Positions 48,901 through 58,139 of a stretch of DNA of 64,000 bases are shown piece by piece (the first letter of the stretch is position 1; each line of letters opens with the position of its first letter). The stretch is taken from the NCBI GenBank assembly GCA_026003195.1, contig BPGU01000003.1:472763-536762 (forward strand), given 5' to 3'. A program made the translations under genes and the position numbers. The stretch comes from Armatimonadota bacterium (GTDB taxonomy: Bacteria; Armatimonadota; HRBIN16). Under the pieces are notes generated by a model. The model was not told where the DNA came from, ran no database searches, and was given only the letters and a program-made list of their open reading frames with translations.

Positions 48901-49923
48901 TACCAGATTCTGCGTGAAGATGATCTATTGGGAGGGATGCTTCGCCTGCATGATAGGTCGCCGCACTTTACCAATATCCGGGAAGTACACCTTGTGCTAC
49001 AGCGATGGGAACAGCGTGCAAGTGAGCCAATTGATGAGATAAAACCGTTCGAGGACATACAAGAGGTCGCTCAGGAGTGCCGTCTCAGTATGGATGCGGA
49101 CAACCTGTCTTTGTTGAACATGCTGGCAAAAGAATTTTTTCTCACCGCTCCGCCTCGTTCCACATACTCAGACCTCATCCAGGCAGTACAGGACTTCGAA
49201 CACAGCGGCAACATCAGCAAGCTGATGCAGGCGTACTGGGACAAAGTTAGCGGTCAAGAACGAGAGACGCGAATCATTCTGACTACTTTTCATCAGGCAA
49301 AAGGCTTAGAGTTCGATGCTGTAGTGGTAGCTCCTGTCGAGAAACTAATGCGTAACAATGGCTCCCAAGACGAGGACAGCCCGGAAGAGGATACAAACAA
49401 TCCAGAAGAGCTGAGGCGGATTGTTTACGTTGGTTTAACCCGAGCTCGAGATAGATTGATATGGATTCGTGGCGACATCGAAAAACAGCTCCTTGCAGGA
49501 AAGTTAGCGGCGCAACCAATGGAAGAACCGCTTGTCACCTTCAAGTGGAGCGACCCTTCCACCATCTTTCTCTCCTACTGTGCAAGCGACCAACTGGCAG
49601 CAAAGTCTGGTTCGACAGCTGTTAGCTTACAGGACTACATACGACAAGAAGTACATAGGTATGACCCTCTCAAGCTTGTCCCCCTCAACGATCAGCTTTA
49701 CCTCCAACACGGGGACACCAATTTTGTTGCAAGAGTAGCAGGAAACTGGCGCGACAGAATCTTGAATCTGAGCAGATATAAATCCCACCTGTACGTTTCT
49801 GATGTTTTCTGGAAAGAGTACGATGAAAACGAAGACATAGAAAGGGATTACGTATCCGAATCCATCAAAAACCGTGGCGGCTATTACTACGTCTCCGTCT
49901 TTGGCTACGTAGAGCCCGCGTAA
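45991..49923 (+). CDS. multidomain protein: RecQ helicase lobe 2 (motifs IV-VI), linker, UvrD/Rep-like SF1 helicase, and an unknown C-terminal domain
   Basis: GGAGG then ATG 45991. RecQ lobe 2: [16 protein letters not shown]...[42 protein letters not shown]. UvrD motifs: [12 protein letters not shown] (I), TFHGF (Ia), VDEFQDIT (II), IGDDDQSIY (III), NYRS (IV), [12 protein letters not shown] (V), VYVGLTRAR (VI). The ORF track start at 45934 is a GTG in the overlap. Confidence 0.8.
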   Translation: [1310 protein letters not shown]

Positions 49924-49972
49924 TCACCAAGGCGTTCCTGCTTACACATAGCCTGTTCTCATCTCTGCAGTA

Positions 49973-50392
49973 CTACTCCCTCCTCGGTATCGGGCGATCC
50001 TCGAAGTAGTGCGGGTTCTCGCTTTCCATCACATGGTGTCGAAAAGCCTCGATCAACCGCTCCGCTTCCGAGCGCAGTCGGAAGGTACCTTTCACCTCGC
50101 CCTGCCACACGTCCTCCTGCACCCATTCGGGCACCGGCATGAAGACTACCGGCTCCGGGGTGTCTACCTCCACACACAGGATCAGTGGCGCGCCCGGGGT
50201 GTCATGTAGAAAGACGAACTCCAGTATGACGCTGTGCGGGGTATAGCGGGTGCTGCCCATCTGCACTTCGCGCATCTGCACTGCCTCTTCGAAGGTCTTG
50301 AGGTCAAAGTGTCCGACGGGCGGCGCCTGTTTGTGCTGCAGCGCTTCCAGAATCTGCTTGCGGGTGGTGTTGGTGAACTCACGCAGGGTCAT
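49973..50392 (-). CDS. hypothetical protein
   Basis: 139-aa high-GC ORF, convergent with the helicase module. No recognisable domain. Confidence 0.45.
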   Translation of the reverse strand: MTLREFTNTTRKQILEALQHKQAPPVGHFDLKTFEEAVQMREVQMGSTRYTPHSVILEFVFLHDTPGAPLILCVEVDTPEPVVFMPVPEWVQEDVWQGEVKGTFRLRSEAERLIEAFRHHVMESENPHYFEDRPIPRRE

Positions 50393-50396
50393 TGTC

Positions 50397-50996
50397 TCAC
50401 CTCCGACGATTCTCCAGCCACTCCTCCACCTCCTCCAGGCTTTGCTGGTAGTGTCCTATCTCCTGTTGCAGCTCCTGCAGCGCTTCCAGCAGACCCTTGG
50501 GAGGGTCGGTCGTGACGCGCGGTGTGGAATGGAGCAACAGCACCCTATCGTGCAGCACATCCAGCGCCACCAGCCACTGATGTATCTGCGCTTCGATCTG
50601 ACGTGCCGCCAGCAGGGCATGATTGCGCTGGCGACGAGATTCCTCCAGCTGTTTCAGTGTCAGGCGGTACGTAATCGCCAGTTCGATCTCTCCACGGTGT
50701 TCATACCACCATGCCAGCCCCGTGTACCACAGCCGCTGCAACCACCGGTCCGGGGGCAGGTGCCTCAAAATACGGTCTTGCTGCAGCAGGTGTTCGTAGA
50801 TGCCTGCCAGTAGCCTCTGCAGGCTTTCCGGCAGTTCGCGCAGGCACTCCTTGCCGTGTCGGGGTAAGGAGCGATAGGTGCGCAGGATCCTCTTCGCGCG
50901 TTCTCGCACCCGACGCCACAGCGCTTGCGTGCGCCCATGCCGCAGTCGACGTGCTTGCCACTGTTGCCATCTCTCCAGCCAGGTACGCCAAATCAT
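50397..50996 (-). CDS. hypothetical protein (Trp/Arg/Gln-rich helical)
   Basis: 199-aa ORF directly downstream of gatA on the same strand. MIWRTWLERWQQWQARR.... Confidence 0.45.
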   Translation of the reverse strand: MIWRTWLERWQQWQARRLRHGRTQALWRRVRERAKRILRTYRSLPRHGKECLRELPESLQRLLAGIYEHLLQQDRILRHLPPDRWLQRLWYTGLAWWYEHRGEIELAITYRLTLKQLEESRRQRNHALLAARQIEAQIHQWLVALDVLHDRVLLLHSTPRVTTDPPKGLLEALQELQQEIGHYQQSLEEVEEWLENRRR

Positions 50997-51008
50997 CGTG
51001 GTAACCCT

Positions 51009-52469
51009 TTAGAGCGACGGCTTCTGCCGATGCCAGTCGGTTGCCTGTTCGTAGGTGTATGCCACGCGCAGGATGGTCCACTCGTCCCACGGTTTGCCGA
51101 TAATTTGCAATCCGATGGGCAATCCATCCTGAAATCCACAGGGCATGGACAAGGCGGGTAGACCGGCGATGTTGACCGGAATGGTGCATACATCCGCCAG
51201 TTTCATCGCCAGCGGATCGTCCGCCTTCTCACCAACGCGGAACGCCACCGTCGGTGAGGTGGGGGTAATGAGCACATCGTACCGCTCGAATGCGCGGTCA
51301 AAATCTCGCCGGATGAGTGTGCGCACCTGTTGCGCTTTCAGATAGTAAGCATCGTAGTAACCGGCGGAGAGGGCATAGGTGCCAATCATGATGCGCTGCT
51401 TCACCTCCGCCCCAAAGCCCTCGCCCCGCGTCTGCTCCACCATATCGATATGTCCTGCCAGCTGCTCGGTGCGCCAGCCATACTTCACACCGTCATAGCG
51501 GGCGAGGTTGGAGCTGGCTTCCGCCGGCGCGAGGATATAGTAACATGCCAGACCGTAATCGATGTAGGGCAGGGAGGTCTCCTCTGCCTGTGCTCCCAGG
51601 CTTTCCAACACGCGAACCGCCTGATACACCGCCTCCGCCACTTCCGGCGCGACGCCCTGTGCGAAGAACTCTTTCGGCACGCCGATTCGCAAACCTTTCA
51701 CTTCCGGTACCAGCGCAGCGGTGAAATCGGGCACGGGGACGTCCACACTGGTGGAATCGCGGTGGTCCTTACCGCAGATGGCATTGAGCAGGATGGCGCA
51801 GTCGGTCACATCTTTGGTAATCGGTCCTATCTGGTCCAGCGAGGAGGCGTACGCCACCAGTCCGTATCGGCTGACACGCCCGTAGGTGGGCTTCATCCCC
51901 ACCACGCCACACAGCGCGGCGGGCTGGCGGATAGACCCCCCTGTATCCGAACCCAGCGCGGCGATGCACATATCCGCCGCCACCGCTGCTGCCGAGCCGC
52001 CGCTACTGCCGCCCGGCACGCAGTCCAGATTCCACGGGTTGCGCGTGACGAAGAAGGCGGAGTTCTCGGTGGAGGAACCCATCGCGAACTCGTCCATGTT
52101 GGTTTTGCCGGTAAACACGGCGTGCCGATAGCGCAACTGCTCCACTACATGCGCGTCGTAAGGGGGCACGAAGTTCTGCAGTATCTTCGAGGCGCAGGTG
52201 GTCAATACACCGCGCGTGCACAGATTATCCTTCAAGGCGATGGGCACGCCGGTCAGCACGTCGGCATCACCACCGGCTTGCAGTACCCGGTCTGCCTCTT
52301 CTGCCTGTTGCAGTGCCAGGTCGGGTGTCAGCGTGATGTAAGCACGCACCGATGGCTCCGCCGCCTCGATGCGTTCCAGAACCGCCTGTGTCAGCTCTCG
52401 GCTACTGATGGCACGCTGACGCAGCAGGTGGTGTGCCTCATGAATCGTCAGTTTCTGTAACTCGCTCAT
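51009..52469 (-). CDS. gatA: Glu-tRNA(Gln)/Asp-tRNA(Asn) amidotransferase subunit A
   Basis: Amidase signature [13 protein letters not shown]...[13 protein letters not shown]. 486 aa. Confidence 0.95.
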   Translation of the reverse strand: MSELQKLTIHEAHHLLRQRAISSRELTQAVLERIEAAEPSVRAYITLTPDLALQQAEEADRVLQAGGDADVLTGVPIALKDNLCTRGVLTTCASKILQNFVPPYDAHVVEQLRYRHAVFTGKTNMDEFAMGSSTENSAFFVTRNPWNLDCVPGGSSGGSAAAVAADMCIAALGSDTGGSIRQPAALCGVVGMKPTYGRVSRYGLVAYASSLDQIGPITKDVTDCAILLNAICGKDHRDSTSVDVPVPDFTAALVPEVKGLRIGVPKEFFAQGVAPEVAEAVYQAVRVLESLGAQAEETSLPYIDYGLACYYILAPAEASSNLARYDGVKYGWRTEQLAGHIDMVEQTRGEGFGAEVKQRIMIGTYALSAGYYDAYYLKAQQVRTLIRRDFDRAFERYDVLITPTSPTVAFRVGEKADDPLAMKLADVCTIPVNIAGLPALSMPCGFQDGLPIGLQIIGKPWDEWTILRVAYTYEQATDWHRQKPSL

Positions 52470-52635
52470 CGCTTCCTTGTATTCCTGACCGTGACGGTAT
52501 CTGCGAAAAGATGTTTCACCGCAGGGTGCGCAGAGCGATAGTTACCACTCATGCGTTCTGCGCATCCTCAGCGTCTCGCTCCTGTCGAGTGTTCCGGTCC
52601 AACACACTCCATTATACCGCCCTTTCGGATGGCTG

Positions 52636-53868
52636 TCACGTGGTGAACGCTCGCTGCACTTTGGCGATAGCGGTGGCGATATCTGCCATGTCCTCTTCAT
52701 CTCCGAGCAACATGTTCTGGAAAAGCCATACAGCCTCCTCATAGCATGCGCGCTCGCACACGGGACAGTGCACTTGCGAGTAGTCCTTCAACCTGCTCAT
52801 CTGGCACAGGTCACTGGAGGCAGGACGGTTGGCGAATACGCGCTCCTTATAGAGCGGCACGTAGCCCGCACTACAGGGAATCCCCTCCGCATTCAATGCC
52901 TTCAAGAACTCCTCGCGCGGCTTGCCGCCGAAGGCTTCCTTGTCGTAACGGAAGATGTACAGGTGATAGGCGTGGCGGGTCACGCGGGGGTCGGGGCGTG
53001 GGGGGCGAATGCCCGGAATCTGGCTGAGCATCTCGCTGAGCTTTTGCGCGTTTCGGGTACGTCGCTCGGTCTGTTCAGGCAGACGTTGCAGCTGGCAGAG
53101 CAGTATCGCCGCCTGAAACTCGGTCATACGGAAATTACTGCCCAGCACATGGTGTTCATACCAGCGCCCACCGCGTACTCGCCCGACGTTATGCACCGAC
53201 CACACCTGGTCTGCCCAGTGCGAGTTGTTGGTCAGCACTGCACCGCCCTCTCCGGCGTTCAGATTCTTGCTCGCCTGAAAGCTGAAGCAGCCCATGTCGC
53301 CGATCGCGCCCACTTTGGTGCCTTTCCACTCGGCGGCGTGTGCCTGTGCGGCGTCCTCGATCACCAGCAGGTTGTGCTTGCGGGCGACCTCCAGCACGCC
53401 GTCCATGTTTGCGGGACAGCCCGCGATATGCACGGGAATAATAGCACGGGTACGCGGGGTAATGGCTTCTTCGATCTTCGTGGGGTCTATATTGAGGCTC
53501 TCCTCCTCCACATCCACGAACACAGGCGTCGCTCCAACTGCCAGCACCGCGGTGGCGGTGGCGATAAAAGTATAGGGTGGCACGATGACCTCGTCTCCAC
53601 AGCCGATGTGCGCGGCGCGAAGAGCCACTTCCAGGGCGGCGGTGCCGTTGGTCACGCATACGGCGAACTGCGCATCCTGAAAGCGGGCGAACGCCTCTTC
53701 GAACTCGCGAACCTTCGTACCCTCTACCGACCACCACTTGCCGCTGCGTACGACTTCCAGTAGGGCTTGCTCTTCCGTTTCGTCAAAGACGGGCCATCGC
53801 GGCCAGGGGCGTGTGCGTACAGGTGTGCCCCCGTTGATGGTCAGGACGTCGGATGTGCCTACAGACAT
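52636..53868 (-). CDS. DegT/DnrJ/EryC1/StrS-family PLP-dependent aminotransferase
   Basis: ...VTNGTAALEVALRA...DEVIVPPYTFIATA...FSFQASKNL (PLP lysine region). ATG at 53866-53868 with an RBS. Confidence 0.85.
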   Translation of the reverse strand: MSVGTSDVLTINGGTPVRTRPWPRWPVFDETEEQALLEVVRSGKWWSVEGTKVREFEEAFARFQDAQFAVCVTNGTAALEVALRAAHIGCGDEVIVPPYTFIATATAVLAVGATPVFVDVEEESLNIDPTKIEEAITPRTRAIIPVHIAGCPANMDGVLEVARKHNLLVIEDAAQAHAAEWKGTKVGAIGDMGCFSFQASKNLNAGEGGAVLTNNSHWADQVWSVHNVGRVRGGRWYEHHVLGSNFRMTEFQAAILLCQLQRLPEQTERRTRNAQKLSEMLSQIPGIRPPRPDPRVTRHAYHLYIFRYDKEAFGGKPREEFLKALNAEGIPCSAGYVPLYKERVFANRPASSDLCQMSRLKDYSQVHCPVCERACYEEAVWLFQNMLLGDEEDMADIATAIAKVQRAFTT

Positions 53869-54023
53869 CACATTGGTCCTCCTGCAGGTGGTTACGAAAA
53901 GATTCCTTCTGCTCAGCGAGTTTACCTGCTGTGCCGGTGCGGTTTGCCTCGCGCTGGCAAAAGGGGTACAATGAGGTGTGCACCACTCTCCGTGTTCTTA
54001 CGGTCTGGCAGAGGGTTATCACG

Positions 54024-54524
54024 ATGAACGCTGAGGCGCAATACTGGATAGAGAAACTGGGGCTTCAACCTCACCCAGAGGGGGGTTATTATCGGGAAAC
54101 CTATCGCTCCAGCCAGAGGCTGCTGGGCTGTTGCCTGCGTGAGCATGAGGGACCACGTGTCGCGGCAACCTGTATCTACTTCCTGTTGCCGGGAGGGCAG
54201 TTTTCCGCTCTGCATCGCCTGCGCTCCGATGAGATATGGCATTTCTATGCAGGCAGCCCGTTGACCCTGCACATCATAGACCCACAGGGCAACCTCTCTC
54301 AGGTCAGACTGGGAAAAGACCTCGAGAACGGCGAAACTTTTCAAGCGGTGGTGCAGGCAGGATGTTGGTTCGGGGCAACAGTAGAGGACCCACACGGTTA
54401 CACACTGGTAGGCTGCACGGTGGCGCCCGGTTTCGAGTTCGAAGATTTCGAACTGGGCAATCGTCAACAGCTGATGGAACAGTATCCACAGCACCGCGAC
54501 TGGATCGAGCGGTTGACGAGGTAA
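54024..54524 (+). CDS. cupin-fold protein (DUF985-like)
   Basis: 166 aa; GGYYRETYRS...FHRL.SDEIWHFYAGSPL pattern. Confidence 0.65.
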   Translation: MNAEAQYWIEKLGLQPHPEGGYYRETYRSSQRLLGCCLREHEGPRVAATCIYFLLPGGQFSALHRLRSDEIWHFYAGSPLTLHIIDPQGNLSQVRLGKDLENGETFQAVVQAGCWFGATVEDPHGYTLVGCTVAPGFEFEDFELGNRQQLMEQYPQHRDWIERLTR

Positions 54525-54531
54525 GAGCAAG

Positions 54532-55998
54532 ATGCACCATACCCGACTGGTGATATTTGGTGCGACTGGCGACCTGACGCGACGGTTTTTGGTGCCGTCG
54601 CTTTACCGCCTGCATCGCGCGGGCTTGCTGGAACCCAACCTGCAAATTCTCCTCTATGCCCGCCGCCCTGTGACGCTGGAAACGTTTCTGGATAGCATGG
54701 AGAACGCTCTGCGCGAGTCGGGCAAGGACCTGAGTGCGTGGAGCGAGTTTGCCCGACGGTTTGTCGCCTATGTACGGGGCGGACTGGACGCAGAGGGAGT
54801 GCGTCAGCTGCGCGACTGGATAGACGGCAACGCAGTGTTCTATCTCGCCCTGCCTCCCGGCTTGTTTGCAGAAGCGGCGGAGTATCTCGCCCAGGCGGGG
54901 CTTCATGAGCAAAAATCGGGCTACCGCCGCCTGGTGATTGAAAAGCCCTTCGGGGAGGACCTGCAGAGCGCGTGCCAGTTGCAACAGCGCGTGAGCCGGT
55001 ACTGGCAAGAGGAGCAGGTGTTTCGGATAGACCACTACCTGGGCAAAGAGACGGTGCAGAATATCCTGGTCTTTCGCTTCGCGAACCTGTTGGTCGAATC
55101 GTTGTGGAACCGCAACTACGTAGACTGTGTGCAGATTACTGCTGCGGAAACCGCCGGTGTGGAAGACCGCTCGGGCTACTACGATCAGTCGGGTGCACTG
55201 CGGGATATGGTGCAGAACCACCTGATGCAGCTGTTCACGCTGACCGCGATGGAGCCCCCTGCCAGCCTGGACCCCGACGCCCTGCGCAGTGAGAAGGTGA
55301 AGGTGCTGGAGTGCGTGCGTCCCATCCCGAAGAACGCGGTCGGTGCGTTCGCGGTGCGTGGACAGTACACACGCGGACAGTTCGACGAGATGGAAGTACC
55401 CGGCTATCTGGAAGAACCCGGTGTGTCGCCACAGTCTACCACCGAGACGTACGCCGCGATCAAACTGTATGTGGACAACTGGCGATGGCAGGGTGTGCCT
55501 TTCTACCTGCGCACAGGCAAGCGACTGGCTGCAGAGCGCAGCGAAATCGCCATTCTGTTCAAATCGCCGCCTGTGCAGCTGTTCCGGCGCACTCCGCTGG
55601 ACCACCTCGAACCGAACAGCATCGTCTTTGAGATGAAGCCCTCGGAATCCATGCTGCTCATCGCGCAGGCGAAGACCGTGGGACTGGAGATGGGGGCGCG
55701 TACGATTATCCTGCGGGCGTGTTACCGCGAGGCGGGAGAGATTGGTTTTGAAGCGTATGAAACACTGTTGTTGAGCATCCTGCAGGGTGACCGTACCTAC
55801 TTCCTGCGCTTCGATGAAGTGGAAAAGGCGTGGGAAATCCTGGACCCGGTGCTGCGCGCCTGGCAAACACACAGCGTTCCGATGGCGTTCTACCCTGCGG
55901 GAGGCGAGGGACCGCGCGAGGCGGAACGTATACTGGACTCATCCACTCACCAATGGCGACCACTGAAAGGCGAGACGGACGGTTCGGAGTGCGCATAG
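54532..55998 (+). CDS. zwf: glucose-6-phosphate 1-dehydrogenase
   Basis: VIFGATGDLTRR (NADP-binding site) and RIDHYLGKE (active-site motif). Confidence 0.95.
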   Translation: MHHTRLVIFGATGDLTRRFLVPSLYRLHRAGLLEPNLQILLYARRPVTLETFLDSMENALRESGKDLSAWSEFARRFVAYVRGGLDAEGVRQLRDWIDGNAVFYLALPPGLFAEAAEYLAQAGLHEQKSGYRRLVIEKPFGEDLQSACQLQQRVSRYWQEEQVFRIDHYLGKETVQNILVFRFANLLVESLWNRNYVDCVQITAAETAGVEDRSGYYDQSGALRDMVQNHLMQLFTLTAMEPPASLDPDALRSEKVKVLECVRPIPKNAVGAFAVRGQYTRGQFDEMEVPGYLEEPGVSPQSTTETYAAIKLYVDNWRWQGVPFYLRTGKRLAAERSEIAILFKSPPVQLFRRTPLDHLEPNSIVFEMKPSESMLLIAQAKTVGLEMGARTIILRACYREAGEIGFEAYETLLLSILQGDRTYFLRFDEVEKAWEILDPVLRAWQTHSVPMAFYPAGGEGPREAERILDSSTHQWRPLKGETDGSECA

Positions 55999-56693
55999 CC
56001 GACACCACCGGCGAACTCCTTCAGGCAGTCGCGGAGGCGATTGCCGCCCGAGCGGGGGAGGCGCTTGCTCGGCAAGAGAATTTCAGCCTCGCCTTGTCGG
56101 GAGGCAACACTCCGCGCGCCCTGTACCGCTTGCTGGCTGAGGAATACCGCTTGCGGATAGACTGGCATCGCGTGCATTTCTTCTGGGGCGACGAACGCTA
56201 TGTGCCTCACGACCATCCTGCCAGCAATTTCCGCATGGCAAGAGAGACGTTGATAGACCCGCTGAACCTTCCCCCTGAAAACATCCACCCGATGCCCACC
56301 GATGTTGCCAACCCGGACGAGGCTGCGCACCTCTACGAACGGCAACTCCGCGCTTTCTTTGGGGAAACGCCCCGCTTAGACCTCATCTTGCTGGGCATGG
56401 GGGCGGATGGACATACCGCATCGCTGTTCCCGGGAACCTCTGCGCTGCAAGAACGCACACGGTGGGTCACCGTCGGCGAGGCGCCTGTAGAACCGCGTGT
56501 GCGCTTAACGTTGACCCTGCCGGTGCTGAACGCCGCGAAGGCGGTGTACTTCCTGGTTACCGGCGCAGACAAGGCGGAAACGGTGCGACGTATCCTTGTG
56601 CAACAGGAGCCTCTGCCCGCCGCGCTGGTGTCTCCCACAGAGGGCGAACTGCTCTGGTGGCTGGACAGGGACGCCGCAAGCAGCATATCATGA
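55953..56693 (+). CDS. pgl: 6-phosphogluconolactonase
   Basis: ...ALSGGNTPRALY...FFWGDERYVP...LLGMGADGHTASLFPG. Overlaps the zwf 3-prime end. An in-frame GTG at 55989 is an alternative start. Confidence 0.85.
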   Translation: MATTERRDGRFGVRIADTTGELLQAVAEAIAARAGEALARQENFSLALSGGNTPRALYRLLAEEYRLRIDWHRVHFFWGDERYVPHDHPASNFRMARETLIDPLNLPPENIHPMPTDVANPDEAAHLYERQLRAFFGETPRLDLILLGMGADGHTASLFPGTSALQERTRWVTVGEAPVEPRVRLTLTLPVLNAAKAVYFLVTGADKAETVRRILVQQEPLPAALVSPTEGELLWWLDRDAASSIS

Positions 56694-56759
56694 GGTAGCA
56701 TCATAGACCTGCGTGAGACAGGATGTGATTCCTGCACGATTGCCGAAAAATAAACTGCA

Positions 56760-58139
56760 ATGGCTATTTGGGTGCAACATACCGAAGATACCCTTCTGCC
56801 CATGCGCACGAGGATGCCTTTTCGCTACGGTATCGCTACCGTGCGTGAAGTGCAGCATCTGATTCTGCGCGTCAGTGTTGTTATCGATGGACAGCAGATG
56901 GAAGGCGTATCTGCCGACCACCTCGCCCCGCGCTGGTTCGTGAAAGACCCCCATCTGACGCTCGAACAGGAAGCGCAGTTGCTACTGCGAGCTATCCGCC
57001 ACGCTTGCCACCTTGCCATCGATCTTGGCGAATGCCCGACCCCTTTTGACCTGTGGTGGCAAGTGTATCAGGCGCAGATGTGCTGGGCGAAGGCGGAGGG
57101 CATCGCCCCTCTGGTGGCATCTTTCGGCGTGAGCCTGGTGGAAAGGTCGCTGATTCACGCCTTTTGTCGGGCAACCAGCACCTCCTTCGCACAGGCGCTG
57201 CGCGGGAACACGCTGGGCATCGCCCTGGAGCGGATTCACCCTGTGCTTCAGAACATCCAGCCGCGCGATATTCTTCCCGCCGAGCCGTTACGCCGTATCA
57301 CCGTGCGCCATACGGTGGGGCTTGGTGACCCACTGACGGAAGCCGATATCGCTCCCGACGAACGACTGGATGACGGGTTGCCCCAGTCCCTGCGGGAGTG
57401 CATCCGTGTTTATGGGTTGACACACTTCAAGATCAAACTGGGTGGTGATGCGCAGGCGGATAGAGAGCGATTGCTGTCGCTGGCAAGATTGCTACAGGAG
57501 GAGTGCCCTGCCTGTCGGTTCACCCTCGACGCCAACGAGATGTATCCCGACATGGAGCATTTCCGCGCTTTCTGGGAGAGCCTGCGAGCGGACGCGGACA
57601 TACGCGATTTTCTGCAGAGGCTGATTTTCGTGGAGCAACCGTTATACCGCGATGAGGCACTCAGTGAACGTACCCGTGCGGAGTTGCGCCGCTGGAGCGA
57701 CCGCCCTCCGATGATTATCGATGAGTCCGACGCCGACCTGTACAGTCTGCCCCTCGCGCTGGAGTGTGGATATGACGGCTGCAGTGTGAAGAGCTGTAAA
57801 GGCGTTTTCAAAGGCATCGCCAACGCCTGTCTTGCGGAGCACCTGCGTCGGCAGGGCAAACAGGTGCTGATCAGCGGGGAGGATTTGACCACCGTACCCC
57901 CTGTTTCCCTGCAACAGGACCTTGCGCTCATGGCGAACCTGGGCATCTCACACGTGGAGCGCAACGGTCACCACTACTTCAGAGGCTTGAGCATGTTGCC
58001 TGAGCATGCACAGGAGGCTCTTCTGGCTCAGCATCCCGACCTGTTCACCCGCCATGAGCAGGGGGTGGTGGTGGTGAGGGTGGCGGATGGTTGTTTGAGC
58101 ACCGAAAGCGTGACGGAAGCTGCGTATGGGGTCCCCTAG
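56760..58139 (+). CDS. enolase-superfamily protein (mandelate racemase / muconate lactonizing enzyme-like)
   Basis: FKIKLGG (KxK motif) and the acidic metal-ligand pattern ...IIDESDAD.... The N-terminal start is uncertain. Confidence 0.55.
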   Translation: MAIWVQHTEDTLLPMRTRMPFRYGIATVREVQHLILRVSVVIDGQQMEGVSADHLAPRWFVKDPHLTLEQEAQLLLRAIRHACHLAIDLGECPTPFDLWWQVYQAQMCWAKAEGIAPLVASFGVSLVERSLIHAFCRATSTSFAQALRGNTLGIALERIHPVLQNIQPRDILPAEPLRRITVRHTVGLGDPLTEADIAPDERLDDGLPQSLRECIRVYGLTHFKIKLGGDAQADRERLLSLARLLQEECPACRFTLDANEMYPDMEHFRAFWESLRADADIRDFLQRLIFVEQPLYRDEALSERTRAELRRWSDRPPMIIDESDADLYSLPLALECGYDGCSVKSCKGVFKGIANACLAEHLRRQGKQVLISGEDLTTVPPVSLQQDLALMANLGISHVERNGHHYFRGLSMLPEHAQEALLAQHPDLFTRHEQGVVVVRVADGCLSTESVTEAAYGVP

